From Candidatus Firestoneibacteriota bacterium (GTDB taxonomy: Bacteria; Oederibacteriota; D2-FULL-39-29; JBBTED01): DNA of 57,961 nucleotides. This document shows positions 46,363 through 56,289 of this stretch, one piece after another. A program made the translations under genes and the position numbers. The DNA lies in assembly GCA_038042445.1 (NCBI GenBank), contig JBBTED010000136.1, positions 1 through 57,961 on the forward strand, written 5' to 3'. The first letter of the stretch is position 1, and the number at the start of each line of letters is the position of its first letter. The notes beneath the pieces were generated by a model, which made no database searches, was not told where the DNA came from, and was given only the letters and a program-made list of their open reading frames with translations.

Positions 46363-48456
46363 ATGAAAAAGATATTATTATTGTTTTTACTTTTTTCAGT
46401 TTCAGTATTTGCTCAATCTCAAGAGACAAAGAAACCAGAAAGGTTATTTATTAAAACTTTTGAAGTAAAAGAAGGAATTCCTGCTACGTTATCAGAATAT
46501 TTTCGTGATAAATTAGTTCTTTATTTTTTTCAGGAAGCAGGTGAGAAATACAGGGTTCTCTCTGAAGCGGATATAAATATAATGTATAAACAGGCAAAGG
46601 ATCTTTTAACAGTAGGATGTGATGCAGAATCATGTCTTATACAGATTGCTTATGCAATTGATGCTGATTTAATTGTTTATGGTAGGATAGAGAAGAAAGA
46701 AGGTAAAATTCATACTTTTGCCCAGACGATAATAAGGGATAGAAAAACAAATGAGCTTGAGAAAGGCTCTGTTGTTGAGGTTTCTTTTTACCAATCCCAG
46801 TTGGAGTGGTTTGCAAAAGAAATCGTTAAAAAATTAATCAATCCAAAATATTTAATTGATACAAGTAAGGCACCAACAGAAGTAAAGATAGAACTTGAGA
46901 TGAAAGAACTTAATCTTCCTGCCTTGAAAGGGCTTAATATAAGTATTTTGGAATTTAAGACAGATGATACAACAATAGGAATGATACTTGATTATTCAAA
47001 GCCTCTATTAGAAGAAGGGGATAACTATTTTAAAAGCAGGAATTATGAAATTGCGCTAAAAAAATATCAGCAGATTATAGAAAAAATTGAGACAAAACTA
47101 CCTGAATCAAGACAGACAAAACTTGCTACTTTTAAATCATCAATTGAAGATAGAATTATCTCATCTTATGGAATGTATTTTAAAGCAAGAATAGAGAAGG
47201 AAGATAGTATTGCAAAACAAGGGCAATATGAAAACGCATTAAGTGGATATGAGGATATAAAATACGAGCTCAATCAAATAAAAGATAAATATAAAACAGG
47301 GTTGAATGATCTATATAAAGTATTATCAGAGCGATTGGATGCTATTTATTTAATACAGGCAGAATATAATGAAAAGCAGGGTGATATATTTTATTCTGAA
47401 TATAAATTTAATGATGCCATATGGAAGTATGAAGAAGGCCTCTTATTTCTTTGGAAAATTTATTTCAAAAAAAGCCCTGAATATAAAAATTATGAGGCAC
47501 AACTTACAGAAAAAAAAGAAGTTGTGAATAAGACAGGTTATTCATATTTTAAAAACACAATAAAATCATACTGTGAATGGATTGATTATTATAATTTTTC
47601 TGAGCAGGAAACAAAAGCAAAAGAGACATTAACGACAGCAAGAGATTTTATGCTGAGAAGTAGATGGGTAAATGATTCTGATGTCCGAGAAGAATATAAT
47701 GAACGTGCAAAAATACTGCAAGAGACAGAAATAACAGGGATAATAACATTATCTGATACAAGTAAGATGAAGAATGTAGGTGGAATAGAATTTGTATTTA
47801 TACCAGCAGGTAGTTTTTTTATGGGCGCATCTGATAGTGATTTAGATGCAGGTATAAATGAGAAACCACAGCATAAAGTTAAAATATCAGGATTTTGGAT
47901 GGGTAAGTATGAAGTAACCCAAGAGCAATATAAAACAATAATGGGAAACAATCCAAGTTATTTTGAAGGTAAGAATAGGCCAGTTGAACAAGTGGGATGG
48001 AATAGTGCAAATGAATTTTGTGAAAAGTTCAGTAAAAAATATGGTATAGAATGTAGATTGCCAACAGAAGCAGAGTGGGAATATGCCTGTAGGGCAGGAA
48101 CAACAACAAAGTATTATTGGGGAGATAAGATAAGTGGAGATTATTGCTGGTATGATGCTAACTCAAACAGGGAGATGCATCCAGTGGGGCAAAAGAAACC
48201 AAATAGATGGGGATTATATGATATGACTGGTAATGTCTGGGAATTGTGCAATGATTGGTTTGATGATAAATATTATGAAAAGAGTCCTAAAGATAATCCA
48301 AAAGGACCTGATACAGGTTATTATAAAGTTTTTCGTGGCGGCTCGTGGTACAGTATTGCTAACGGCAATCGCTCCGCCTATCGTAACTGGAGTTCACCAG
48401 ACGACAGGAACGACAAGGTGGGTTTCCGTTGCGTGCTGAGTAGTGCTAATAAGTAG
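46363..48456 (+). CDS. exported CsgG-like + helical repeat + FGE/SUMF1 (CLec-fold) protein; candidate DGR target
   Basis: Signal peptide; GCDAESC; IPAGSFFMG, E.PQH.V, YEVTQ, RLPTEAEWEYACRAG, PNRWGLYDM.GNVWE, RGGSW, GFRCV. Confidence 0.9.
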   Translation: MKKILLLFLLFSVSVFAQSQETKKPERLFIKTFEVKEGIPATLSEYFRDKLVLYFFQEAGEKYRVLSEADINIMYKQAKDLLTVGCDAESCLIQIAYAIDADLIVYGRIEKKEGKIHTFAQTIIRDRKTNELEKGSVVEVSFYQSQLEWFAKEIVKKLINPKYLIDTSKAPTEVKIELEMKELNLPALKGLNISILEFKTDDTTIGMILDYSKPLLEEGDNYFKSRNYEIALKKYQQIIEKIETKLPESRQTKLATFKSSIEDRIISSYGMYFKARIEKEDSIAKQGQYENALSGYEDIKYELNQIKDKYKTGLNDLYKVLSERLDAIYLIQAEYNEKQGDIFYSEYKFNDAIWKYEEGLLFLWKIYFKKSPEYKNYEAQLTEKKEVVNKTGYSYFKNTIKSYCEWIDYYNFSEQETKAKETLTTARDFMLRSRWVNDSDVREEYNERAKILQETEITGIITLSDTSKMKNVGGIEFVFIPAGSFFMGASDSDLDAGINEKPQHKVKISGFWMGKYEVTQEQYKTIMGNNPSYFEGKNRPVEQVGWNSANEFCEKFSKKYGIECRLPTEAEWEYACRAGTTTKYYWGDKISGDYCWYDANSNREMHPVGQKKPNRWGLYDMTGNVWELCNDWFDDKYYEKSPKDNPKGPDTGYYKVFRGGSWYSIANGNRSAYRNWSSPDDRNDKVGFRCVLSSANK
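48334..48438 (+). other. putative DGR variable region
   Basis: 57% GC by hand count versus about 30% background, CGN Arg codons, NNC/NNT codons at the positions that vary in FGE-type DGR targets. Confidence 0.65.
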
Positions 48457-48530
48457 TTGAATATCTGAGTATCTGTAATCTGAATATCTGGAAAGAATAT
48501 TATAAGGTTTATGAAGTATGGAATTTCAAG

Positions 48531-48803
48531 TGTTTAATAACAGAAGAAACAAAAGTAACAAGTCAGCACCAGATTACGATTCCAAAACCAATATGGGAAA
48601 AACTTAAGTTGAGAGAGGGTATAAGATTTTCTATTTTTCTTACTGAGAATAATGATATATTAGTGAAACCAAAAGACGAGGTATTAGAATTATCTGATGA
48701 AGAATGGAGCAAACTTGTTTCACTTGCTTGTAATAAAAAAAATATCTCTAAAAAATTCAAAAAGACAAACGAAGCAATTAAGTATTTGAAAAGAGTATTA
48801 TGA
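48531..48803 (+). pseudogene. AbrB/MazE-type antitoxin lacking an in-frame canonical start
   Basis: LITEETKVTSQHQITIPKPIWEKLKLREG..ILVKP; upstream ATG/GTG is one base out of frame. Confidence 0.6.
48586..48630 (+). repeat. 45-bp direct repeat, copy 1
   Basis: Matches 49810..49854 with one mismatch. Confidence 0.85.
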
Positions 48804-48858
48804 GGGTGTCTCATAATCCAGATTTTGTTATTCAGACTGTGTGACAATTACATTTTTT

Positions 48859-48881
48859 CGCAGGCTAAAGCCTGCGGCTAC
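48859..48881 (-). repeat. GTAG-type REP (single arm)
   Basis: CGCAGGCTAAAGCCTGCGGCTAC; matches the right arm of 52496..52551. Confidence 0.7.
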
Positions 48882-49017
48882 CATAAATTTTTCCATTCAG
48901 TAAAATCCCAAAAAATTTCTTAAAAACTCTTTAACAATTTAGGATTTTCTGCTATAATAAAACAATCAATATGATATTTAAAGATTTTACAATACGATAT
49001 AGTTTGTAAAAGAAAGA

Positions 49018-49533
49018 ATGAATAAAACTGTAGAATTTAAAAGAGCTATCATGAAATTTAAATTATATTTAGATACATCTATATTAAGTGCTTACTTTGA
49101 TTATGGTAAACCGATAAGGCAATTAATAACTCAAAAATGGTTTGAAAATGAGGCGCAATATTATGAATTATATATATCAGTTATAACAATAGAAGAGGTT
49201 GAAAGAGTGCAAAATATTTCAAAAAAGGATAATATAAAAAAATTAATTGTCGATTATGATATGAAGATTTTAGAATTATCAGAAGAAGCGAAAAATTTAG
49301 CAAATGAATATATAAAAGAAGTCGCTATACCAAGGTCAGAACCTGAAGATGCATATCACATTGCTATTGCTGTAGTGAATAAAACTGAAGGGTTAGCCTC
49401 ATGGAATTTTAAGCATATAGTGAGTTTAAATTCAATAAGTAAGATACATAAAATTAACAAACTACTTAATTATCTCATAATTGAGATTGGTTCATTAGAA
49501 ATATTTGGAGGTGCAAAATATGGTAATTTATAA
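49018..49533 (+). CDS. PIN domain (VapC-like) protein
   Basis: LYLDTS, EDAYHIAIA, SWNFKHIV; true start may be 49051. Confidence 0.88.
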   Translation: MNKTVEFKRAIMKFKLYLDTSILSAYFDYGKPIRQLITQKWFENEAQYYELYISVITIEEVERVQNISKKDNIKKLIVDYDMKILELSEEAKNLANEYIKEVAIPRSEPEDAYHIAIAVVNKTEGLASWNFKHIVSLNSISKIHKINKLLNYLIIEIGSLEIFGGAKYGNL

Positions 49534-49702
49534 AAATGATTATACAAAAGAGAGAGATGAAACATTATGGGAATTGCATGAAATAAGAAATAAGTTATAT
49601 AAAGAATTAAAAGATAAATCTGTAGAAAAGATAAATCGTGGGGCAATAAATAAATATTTAAGTTGGCAAAAACAGAGAGGTAAAATTTTGGTAGGTAGAT
49701 AG
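49520..49702 (+). CDS. small protein, probable antitoxin partner of the PIN protein
   Basis: SD GGAGG, overlaps the PIN stop; LWELHEIRNKLY helix. Confidence 0.55.
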   Translation: MVIYKNDYTKERDETLWELHEIRNKLYKELKDKSVEKINRGAINKYLSWQKQRGKILVGR

Positions 49703-49809
49703 TTTTTGGTAATGCAAAAGTTAGGTAACAAAGCTCTGTAATTGATGAAATTATAAAAAGAGCAATTTTATACAATTTATTTTACACTACTCAAGGCAAA
49801 ATTGACAAT

Positions 49810-49854
49810 AACCAATATGGGAAAAACTTAAGTTGAAAGAGGGTATAAGATTTT
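49810..49854 (+). repeat. 45-bp direct repeat, copy 2
   Basis: Matches 48586..48630. Confidence 0.85.
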
Positions 49855-49899
49855 GATTGAAATTTTAAACTGAATAGTAAATAAACGAAAGGGGTTGTT

Positions 49900-50691
49900 A
49901 TGAAAATAGTTGCTTGTATAAAACAGGTTCCTGCAACAGATTTATGGATAAAGTTGACTGCTGATGAAAAAGGGATAGATTTCAGTGATTTAACTTATGT
50001 GGTAAATCCCTATGATGAATTTGCAGTGGAAGAAGCTTTACGGATAAAAGAAAAAAATACTGGGAGTAATGTGTTGGTTGTTTCTATGGGGACAGCAAAA
50101 ACAATAGATGCTATAAGAAGTTGTCTTGCACTTGGAGCAGATGATGCCATACATCTAAAAGATGAGTTATTTGAAGGAGCAGATGCTAATACTACGGCAT
50201 TTCTTTTGGGTGAAGCAATAAAGAAACGTGGGTTTGATTTGATTCTGTGTGGTAAGCAGGCGGTAGATGATGATAATGCGTCTGTTGGAATAATGCTTGC
50301 AGAAATTTTGAATGTCCCTCATATTGCAGTAATTACAAAATTAGAAATAAGCGCTGATGGTAAAAGTGCAGTTGCTCATAGGGAAATTGAAGGAGCTGTT
50401 GAAGTGATAGAATGTCCTTTGCCTGCTGTATTTACCTGTCAGAAAGGTTTAAATGAGCCACGTTATGCTTCTTTGACAAATGTTATGAAAGCAAAGAAAA
50501 AACCTGTTGAAGAAATAGATAAAGTGAAGCTTGCAATTGCAGATACATCTTTTTCTGCTAAAGAAAGTTCTAAAGCGAAAGTTATAAAATATTCAAGACC
50601 ACCAAAAAGAAGTGCAGGTAAAATTATTCCATCAGATAATAAAGAAACAGCAGTTCAGGAATTGGTAAAAGTTCTAACACCAATTATATAA
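49900..50691 (+). CDS. etfB: electron transfer flavoprotein beta subunit
   Basis: CIKQVP, NPYDEFAVEEA, GAD, CGKQAVD, NEPRY. Confidence 0.95.
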   Translation: MKIVACIKQVPATDLWIKLTADEKGIDFSDLTYVVNPYDEFAVEEALRIKEKNTGSNVLVVSMGTAKTIDAIRSCLALGADDAIHLKDELFEGADANTTAFLLGEAIKKRGFDLILCGKQAVDDDNASVGIMLAEILNVPHIAVITKLEISADGKSAVAHREIEGAVEVIECPLPAVFTCQKGLNEPRYASLTNVMKAKKKPVEEIDKVKLAIADTSFSAKESSKAKVIKYSRPPKRSAGKIIPSDNKETAVQELVKVLTPII

Positions 50692-50707
50692 AGAAAGTGA
50701 GGCATAG

Positions 50708-51691
50708 ATGAGTGGAATTTTAATTATTGCAGAATATAAAAATAACAATTTTAAAAAAGTCACTTTTGAAGCTGTAACTTGTGGAAGACAATTAGCAAAA
50801 GAATTAAATGCTGATTTACTTGTTGCAGTATTAGGTGACAAAATTGCAGATTTATCTCAGGAATTTGCAGATTGGGGAGTTAATAAAATTATACTTGCTG
50901 AAAATGAACTTTTGAAGAATTATACTTCAGATGGGTATGCGAAAATTTTATCTGACATAGTTGGTAAATACAAACCTGATTTAATATTATTAGGTGCTAC
51001 AGCATTTGGAAGAGATATAGCTCCTAAATTAGCAGCTAAATTAAATGTAGGAATAGCAAATGATTGTATTGCATTAAAATTTGATGAAAATAAAAATTTA
51101 GTTGGGACACGACCTATGTATGCAGGAAAAATCCTTGCAGATATTGTAATAGAGGGTATGCCTAAAATATTTACGATAAGGCAAAATGTATTTCCTGCAG
51201 AGAAAATGAGTGGAATATCTTCTACTATGGAAAATTTCGAAGTAAAGCTTTTTCAGGAAGATATCCACACAAAAATTAAAGAGGTTATAGATTCACTGGG
51301 CAACAAAATTGAGCTTACTGAGGCAGATATAATTGTATCGGGTGGTAGAGGAATGAAGGGGCCGGAGAATTTTAAAATACTTGACGAGCTTGCAGATGTT
51401 TTAAAAGCTGCAGTTGGAGCTTCACGCGCTGCTGTTGATGCAGGTTGGAAACTTCATGAATCGCAAGTAGGTCAGACTGGTAAAACGGTTTCTCCAAAAC
51501 TTTATATTGCCTGTGGTATTTCCGGTTCCATACAGCATCTTGCAGGAATGTCATCTTCAAAATGTATAGTTGCAATAAACAAAGATCCTGAGGCACCAAT
51601 ATTTAAACTCGCAGACTATGGGATTGTTGGAGATTTATTTGAAATTGTTCCACTTTTAACTGCAGAATTTAAGAAGGCGAAATCCCGTTAG
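50708..51691 (+). CDS. etfA: electron transfer flavoprotein alpha subunit
   Basis: [37 protein letters not shown]. Confidence 0.96.
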   Translation: MSGILIIAEYKNNNFKKVTFEAVTCGRQLAKELNADLLVAVLGDKIADLSQEFADWGVNKIILAENELLKNYTSDGYAKILSDIVGKYKPDLILLGATAFGRDIAPKLAAKLNVGIANDCIALKFDENKNLVGTRPMYAGKILADIVIEGMPKIFTIRQNVFPAEKMSGISSTMENFEVKLFQEDIHTKIKEVIDSLGNKIELTEADIIVSGGRGMKGPENFKILDELADVLKAAVGASRAAVDAGWKLHESQVGQTGKTVSPKLYIACGISGSIQHLAGMSSSKCIVAINKDPEAPIFKLADYGIVGDLFEIVPLLTAEFKKAKSR

Positions 51692-51721
51692 GAATTTTGT
51701 TTATCAATGTTTTAAAGACAC

Positions 51722-51748
51722 TGGGTTCCCGCTTTCGCGGGAATGACA
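51722..51748 (-). repeat. GTCATTCCCG-family palindromic repeat arm
   Basis: TGGGTTCCCGCTTTCGCGGGAATGACA, near-perfect reverse complement of 22909..22935. Confidence 0.75.
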
Positions 51749-51752
51749 AAAA

Positions 51753-52478
51753 ATGAATATACCTATATTGATGTATCACCATGTAAAAAATGATCCTGTG
51801 CCTTTTGAAGCTTCTTTTACTGTATCTATTGATAATTTTGAGCAACAGATGCAGTATTTGAATAATAAGAAATACAATATAATTACTTTAGAAGATCTAA
51901 TAAGTGCAGTAAAATCAAATGAAAAAATTTTGGCAAAAACTTGTGTTATAACATTTGACGATGGATATGAAAATTTTCTTGATTTTGCATATCCTGTATT
52001 GCAAAAATATAATTTTGTTGCAACCGTATTTTTGACAAGTGGGTGTATAGGAGATATTAGCAAGTGGGATGCAAAATATGTAAACGCTAAATTGTTGTCA
52101 AAGGAACAAATTTGTGAGTTATCTAAAAATGGAATTTCTTTTGGGTCACATAGCAAAACACATCCTCATTTTTCAAAATTAAACAGCGATGAAATTTTAA
52201 GAGAAATTGTTGAGTCCAAAAAAGAAATAGAAGGCATATTAGGTAAACGAATTAATACTTTTTCATATCCATACAACGAATATAATTTTAATATCGAAAA
52301 ACTTGTAGAAAAAGCAGGTTTTGATTGCGCTTGTGCAATTAGGTCACATAACAGGACTGTTACAGAAAATGTATATGCATTACGTCGTATCAATGTAAAG
52401 AATAGTGATAAACTTTTTCAGTTCAGCCGTAAAATTTCACGTTGGTATTTATGGTACCGCGGGATTAGAAGAAGATGA
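51753..52478 (+). CDS. polysaccharide deacetylase family protein
   Basis: PILMYH, ITFDDGY, GSHSKTH, FSYPY. Confidence 0.92.
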   Translation: MNIPILMYHHVKNDPVPFEASFTVSIDNFEQQMQYLNNKKYNIITLEDLISAVKSNEKILAKTCVITFDDGYENFLDFAYPVLQKYNFVATVFLTSGCIGDISKWDAKYVNAKLLSKEQICELSKNGISFGSHSKTHPHFSKLNSDEILREIVESKKEIEGILGKRINTFSYPYNEYNFNIEKLVEKAGFDCACAIRSHNRTVTENVYALRRINVKNSDKLFQFSRKISRWYLWYRGIRRR

Positions 52479-52495
52479 TAGGTTACCATTTCTAT

Positions 52496-52551
52496 GTAGG
52501 GCAAAGCTTTAGCCTTGCGATGAAAAAACGCAGGCTAAAGTCTGCGACTAC
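52496..52551. repeat. GTAG-type REP doublet
   Basis: GTAGGGCAAAGCTTTAGCCTTGC..CGCAGGCTAAAGTCTGCGACTAC. Confidence 0.75.
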
Positions 52552-52596
52552 AGAGAAACAAAAAATTTTAACATATTGTATTTGATGGAGGGGAAT

Positions 52597-53695
52597 ATGA
52601 TTGATGAATTATTAGAGGAACTCAAAAAATTGAATGTTAAAATTGGTGAAATAGGGAGGTGTCTTTGATGTAGAAGTAAAAGAAGCAGAAAGTAGAAATA
52701 TCGAAAAGCAAATTGAAACTCCAGGTTTTTGGGTTAATCAGGCAAAAGCTTCTGCATTAATGAAACAGCTTAATGATTTAAAACGAACCATTTTTGAGTG
52801 GCGCAAAGTAGAATCCAAATATAATGACCTTATCTCTTTAAGTGAATTATTGAAAGAAGAACCTGATTCTTCTTTAGAAAATGAACTTTCAAAAGAACTT
52901 TCCAGTTTAAAAAATGAAATTGAAAATTTAGAAATCCAGACTTTATTTTCAGAAGAATATGATAATCATAATGCTATTTTAAGTATTCATCCGGGTGCTG
53001 GTGGTACAGAATCTCAGGATTGGGCACAAATGCTTTTTAGAATGTATTCACGCTGGGCAGAACAAAAGGGGTATAAATTAGAGACAGTTGATTTATTACC
53101 TGGGGAAGAAGCAGGACTAAAAAGTGTTACATTTATGATAAGTGGAAATTATGCTTATGGTAGCTTGAAATCGGAAAAAGGAGTGCATAGGTTAGTTAGA
53201 ATTTCACCATTTGATGCTAATAAGAGGCGGCATACATCATTTGCATCTGTTGATGTTATACCGGAAATTGAAGATGTAGAAATCGAAATTAAAAGTGATG
53301 ATTTAAAAATAGATACTTTTCGTTCTTCCGGGCCTGGTGGTCAGCATATGCAAAAAACCGAGTCAGCAATCAGAATAACTCATATTCCTACAGGGATAAT
53401 TGCTCAATGCGAAAATGAACGGTCTCAATTCCAAAATAAAGTAACAGCTATGAAAGTTTTGCGCGCGCGAATTTTTGAGAGAATGCAAGAGGAGAATGCA
53501 GATAAAATGGAAAAATTAACAGGTCAGAAAAAAGAAATAACATGGGGAAGTCAAATTCGTTCCTATGTATTTCAACCTTATACAATAATAAAAGATCATC
53601 GCACAGGTATAGAAGTTGGAAATATTCAAGCAGTTATGGATGGCGAAATTGATGTTTTTATACGTGGATATTTACACGATAAATTTGAGAAATAA
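52597..53695 (+). CDS. prfB: peptide chain release factor 2 with programmed +1 frameshift
   Basis: ATG at 52597; AGGGAGG-TGT-CTT-TGA at 52653..52668; the +1 frame joins ORF 52760..53695 with SPF and GGQ motifs. Confidence 0.96.
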
Positions 53696-53758
53696 TAATT
53701 CTATCAAATAAAAATGTGACTTTTTTTTGTGTATATGTTAAAATTTTATCGTTTATTT

Positions 53759-53790
53759 CCCCCTTTGAAAAGGGGGAGTAAGGGGGATTT
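53759..53790 (+). repeat. CCCCCTT/AAGGGGG palindromic repeat
   Basis: CCCCCTTTGAAAAGGGGGAGTAAGGGGGATTT immediately before the purC ATG. Confidence 0.75.
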
Positions 53791-53791
53791 T

Positions 53792-54676
53792 ATGCAAAAC
53801 AATATAATACTTAAGACTGATTTGCAGGGACTAAAGTTATTCAAACGTGGCAAAGTCCGAGATGTTTATGATTTTGGAGAAAATTTATTGATTGTCGCAA
53901 GTGACAGAATTTCTGCATTTGATGTGGTGTTGCCAAATGGTATACCCAATAAGGGAATGGTGCTTACACAGGTTTCAAACTTCTGGTTTAACTATACAAA
54001 AGATATAATACCAAATCATTGTGTAAGTGTTAATACAAATTCTTTTCCAATGGAATGTGAACAGTATAAAAATATTTTGGATGGCAGGAGTATGTTAGTC
54101 AAAAAAACAAAATCTTTACCTGTTGAATGTGTTATTCGTGGGTGTTTATCTGGTTCTGCATGGAAAGAATATTGTAGCAATAACACTGTCAGTGGAATAA
54201 AATTAGAAAAAGGTTTGCTTGAATCTTCTAAATTGTCAGAGCCAATATTTACACCTTCTACAAAAGCACAAGATGGAGCTCATGATGAAAATATTAATTT
54301 TAACCAAATGGTTAATATTATTGGTAAAGAACTCGCAGAAAAAATACGAGTTCTAAGTCTAAGAGTTTATATAAAAGCAAGCAAATTTGCACAAGAAAAA
54401 GGAATAATAATTGCAGATACAAAATTTGAATTTGGAATATATAATGGTGAGTTGATGATAATAGATGAAATGCTTACACCTGATTCATCAAGGTTTTGGC
54501 AAAAAGATGAGTATAAAACAGGTGATTCTCCAAAGAGTTTTGATAAACAATTTGTTCGCGATTATTTAATTTCAATTAAATGGGATATGAAACCCCCAGC
54601 TCCAGAACTTCCAGAAGAAGTCATCAATAAAACAAGCGAAAAATATATGGAAGCTCTGAAGCGGTTGACTGGTTAG
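53792..54676 (+). CDS. purC: phosphoribosylaminoimidazolesuccinocarboxamide (SAICAR) synthase
   Basis: [47 protein letters not shown]. Confidence 0.96.
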   Translation: MQNNIILKTDLQGLKLFKRGKVRDVYDFGENLLIVASDRISAFDVVLPNGIPNKGMVLTQVSNFWFNYTKDIIPNHCVSVNTNSFPMECEQYKNILDGRSMLVKKTKSLPVECVIRGCLSGSAWKEYCSNNTVSGIKLEKGLLESSKLSEPIFTPSTKAQDGAHDENINFNQMVNIIGKELAEKIRVLSLRVYIKASKFAQEKGIIIADTKFEFGIYNGELMIIDEMLTPDSSRFWQKDEYKTGDSPKSFDKQFVRDYLISIKWDMKPPAPELPEEVINKTSEKYMEALKRLTG

Positions 54677-54703
54677 GCGAGCTTTTACTAAAAGGAAAAA
54701 ATA

Positions 54704-55630
54704 ATGCCAAATTTAATTTCGCAGAAAACAATAGAGAAAAAGATATATTTAATAAGAGGTCAAAAAGTTATGCTTGATAGAGATCTTGCTGATTTGTATG
54801 GAGTAGAAACAAGAGTATTGAATCAAGCAGTAAGAAGAAATATAGACCGTTTTCCAGAAGATTTTATGTTTTCATTAACGAGAGAAGAAATAATGAACTT
54901 ATCACAAATTGTGATAAGTTCCAAAATAAAGCATGCTCCTAATGTATTTGTTTTTGCAGAACAGGGGGTTGCTATGCTTTCCAGTGTGCTTAATAGTAAA
55001 CAGGCTATTCAGGTTAATATAGGTATTATGCGAGTGTTTGTTAATATAAGAAAATTAGTATCTTCAAATAAAGAAGTTATTAACAGACTTAATCAACTTG
55101 AAGAAAAGGTGGAAAAACAAGGTAAAGAGATAAAAAGGGATATAAAAACAATTTTTGAGGTAATTCATAGACCTTTATTGCCTTCAGCTACAACTTTAAT
55201 CTCTCCTCTTAAACCATTTAGTAATAAAATGGCTATTTTTGATGTTATTAAATCCTGTGAGGGATATATTTACTGGATAGATAAATATTTTTCAAGTCTT
55301 GGTTTGAAATTATTATTACAGGCATTAGATAATGAAAAAGTTAAACAAATAAAGATTTTGACATCCATAGACAAAGTTGATGAAAAAATAATGGATTTAT
55401 TTAAAGATTTTAAGGTAGAGTTAAAAAACAAAGGAATTTCCTGTGAAATGAGAGTAATTACAGATAAAAAAATAAAAGCCAATATTCACGATAGATGGAT
55501 AATCTCAAAGGATAAATGTTTTAATGTTCCATCAACAGATACACTAGCAAGAGGACAATACAGCGAAGTAAAAGAAACAACAAATAAACCCCCATTTAAT
55601 GAATGGTGGGAGAGAAGCGAGAAACTGTAA
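54704..55630 (+). CDS. ORF6N domain protein with C-terminal PLD-like (HDR) domain
   Basis: IRGQKVMLDRDLADLYGV..RFPEDFMF..EQGVAMLSSVLNS; coiled coil; WIDKYF..IHDRWIIS. Confidence 0.85.
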   Translation: MPNLISQKTIEKKIYLIRGQKVMLDRDLADLYGVETRVLNQAVRRNIDRFPEDFMFSLTREEIMNLSQIVISSKIKHAPNVFVFAEQGVAMLSSVLNSKQAIQVNIGIMRVFVNIRKLVSSNKEVINRLNQLEEKVEKQGKEIKRDIKTIFEVIHRPLLPSATTLISPLKPFSNKMAIFDVIKSCEGYIYWIDKYFSSLGLKLLLQALDNEKVKQIKILTSIDKVDEKIMDLFKDFKVELKNKGISCEMRVITDKKIKANIHDRWIISKDKCFNVPSTDTLARGQYSEVKETTNKPPFNEWWERSEKL

Positions 55631-55708
55631 AATGGAAAAAATAAAAAGTTAAAACAAAAAGGTTGCATTTTAAACAGTATAGTTAAAATTTATAAGAAGG
55701 ATCAAATA

Positions 55709-56212
55709 ATGCCAAACTTAATACCACAGGAAAGAATAGAAAATAAGATACTCTTGTTAAGGGGACATAAAGTAATGTTAGATAGTGACCTTGCAGAACT
55801 TTATAAAGTAACAACCTTTAACCTTAATAAGTCAGTCAAACGTAATATGAAACGTTTTCCAGAAGACTTTATGTTTCAATTAAGCCCTGAAGAGTTTAAA
55901 TCTTTGATATTCCAATTTGGAATATCAAAAAAAGGAAGAGGTGGCAGACGATATCCTCCGTATGTATTTACAGAACAGGGTGTGGCTATGTTATCAAGTG
56001 TTTTGAATACTGAAAGAGCGATACATGTAAATATTCAAATTATGAGGACTTTTACTAAGTTAAGACAAATATTGGCTACGCATGAAGATATAAAGAAAAA
56101 ATTAGAAGGGTATGACAAACAATTTAGTGTTATTTTTTTAGAAATAAATAAAATCAATAGGTTGTTATCATCATCAGATAATGAATGGTGGGAGAGAAGT
56201 GAGAAACTGTAA
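55709..56212 (+). CDS. ORF6N domain protein (short, lacking the PLD-like domain)
   Basis: LRGHKVMLDSDLAELY..RFPEDFMFQL..GGRRY.PYVFTEQGVAMLSSVL; ends NEWWERSEKL like the first copy. Confidence 0.85.
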   Translation: MPNLIPQERIENKILLLRGHKVMLDSDLAELYKVTTFNLNKSVKRNMKRFPEDFMFQLSPEEFKSLIFQFGISKKGRGGRRYPPYVFTEQGVAMLSSVLNTERAIHVNIQIMRTFTKLRQILATHEDIKKKLEGYDKQFSVIFLEINKINRLLSSSDNEWWERSEKL

Positions 56213-56289
56213 GAAAATTAAAAATATTAAAAGGAAGAAAATGGATATTAAAATTTAGTTGTAAGATGAAGTAAAAAGGGAGAAAAATA

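Noticed and set aside
52666..52668. Selenocysteine or alternative-code readthrough of TGA
   Set aside because: The downstream homology is in the +1 frame, and TGA ends many normal genes here.
53729..53791. N-terminal extension of PurC in the ORF track
   Set aside because: It is the translation of a palindromic repeat ([10 protein letters not shown]); ATG at 53792 fits better.
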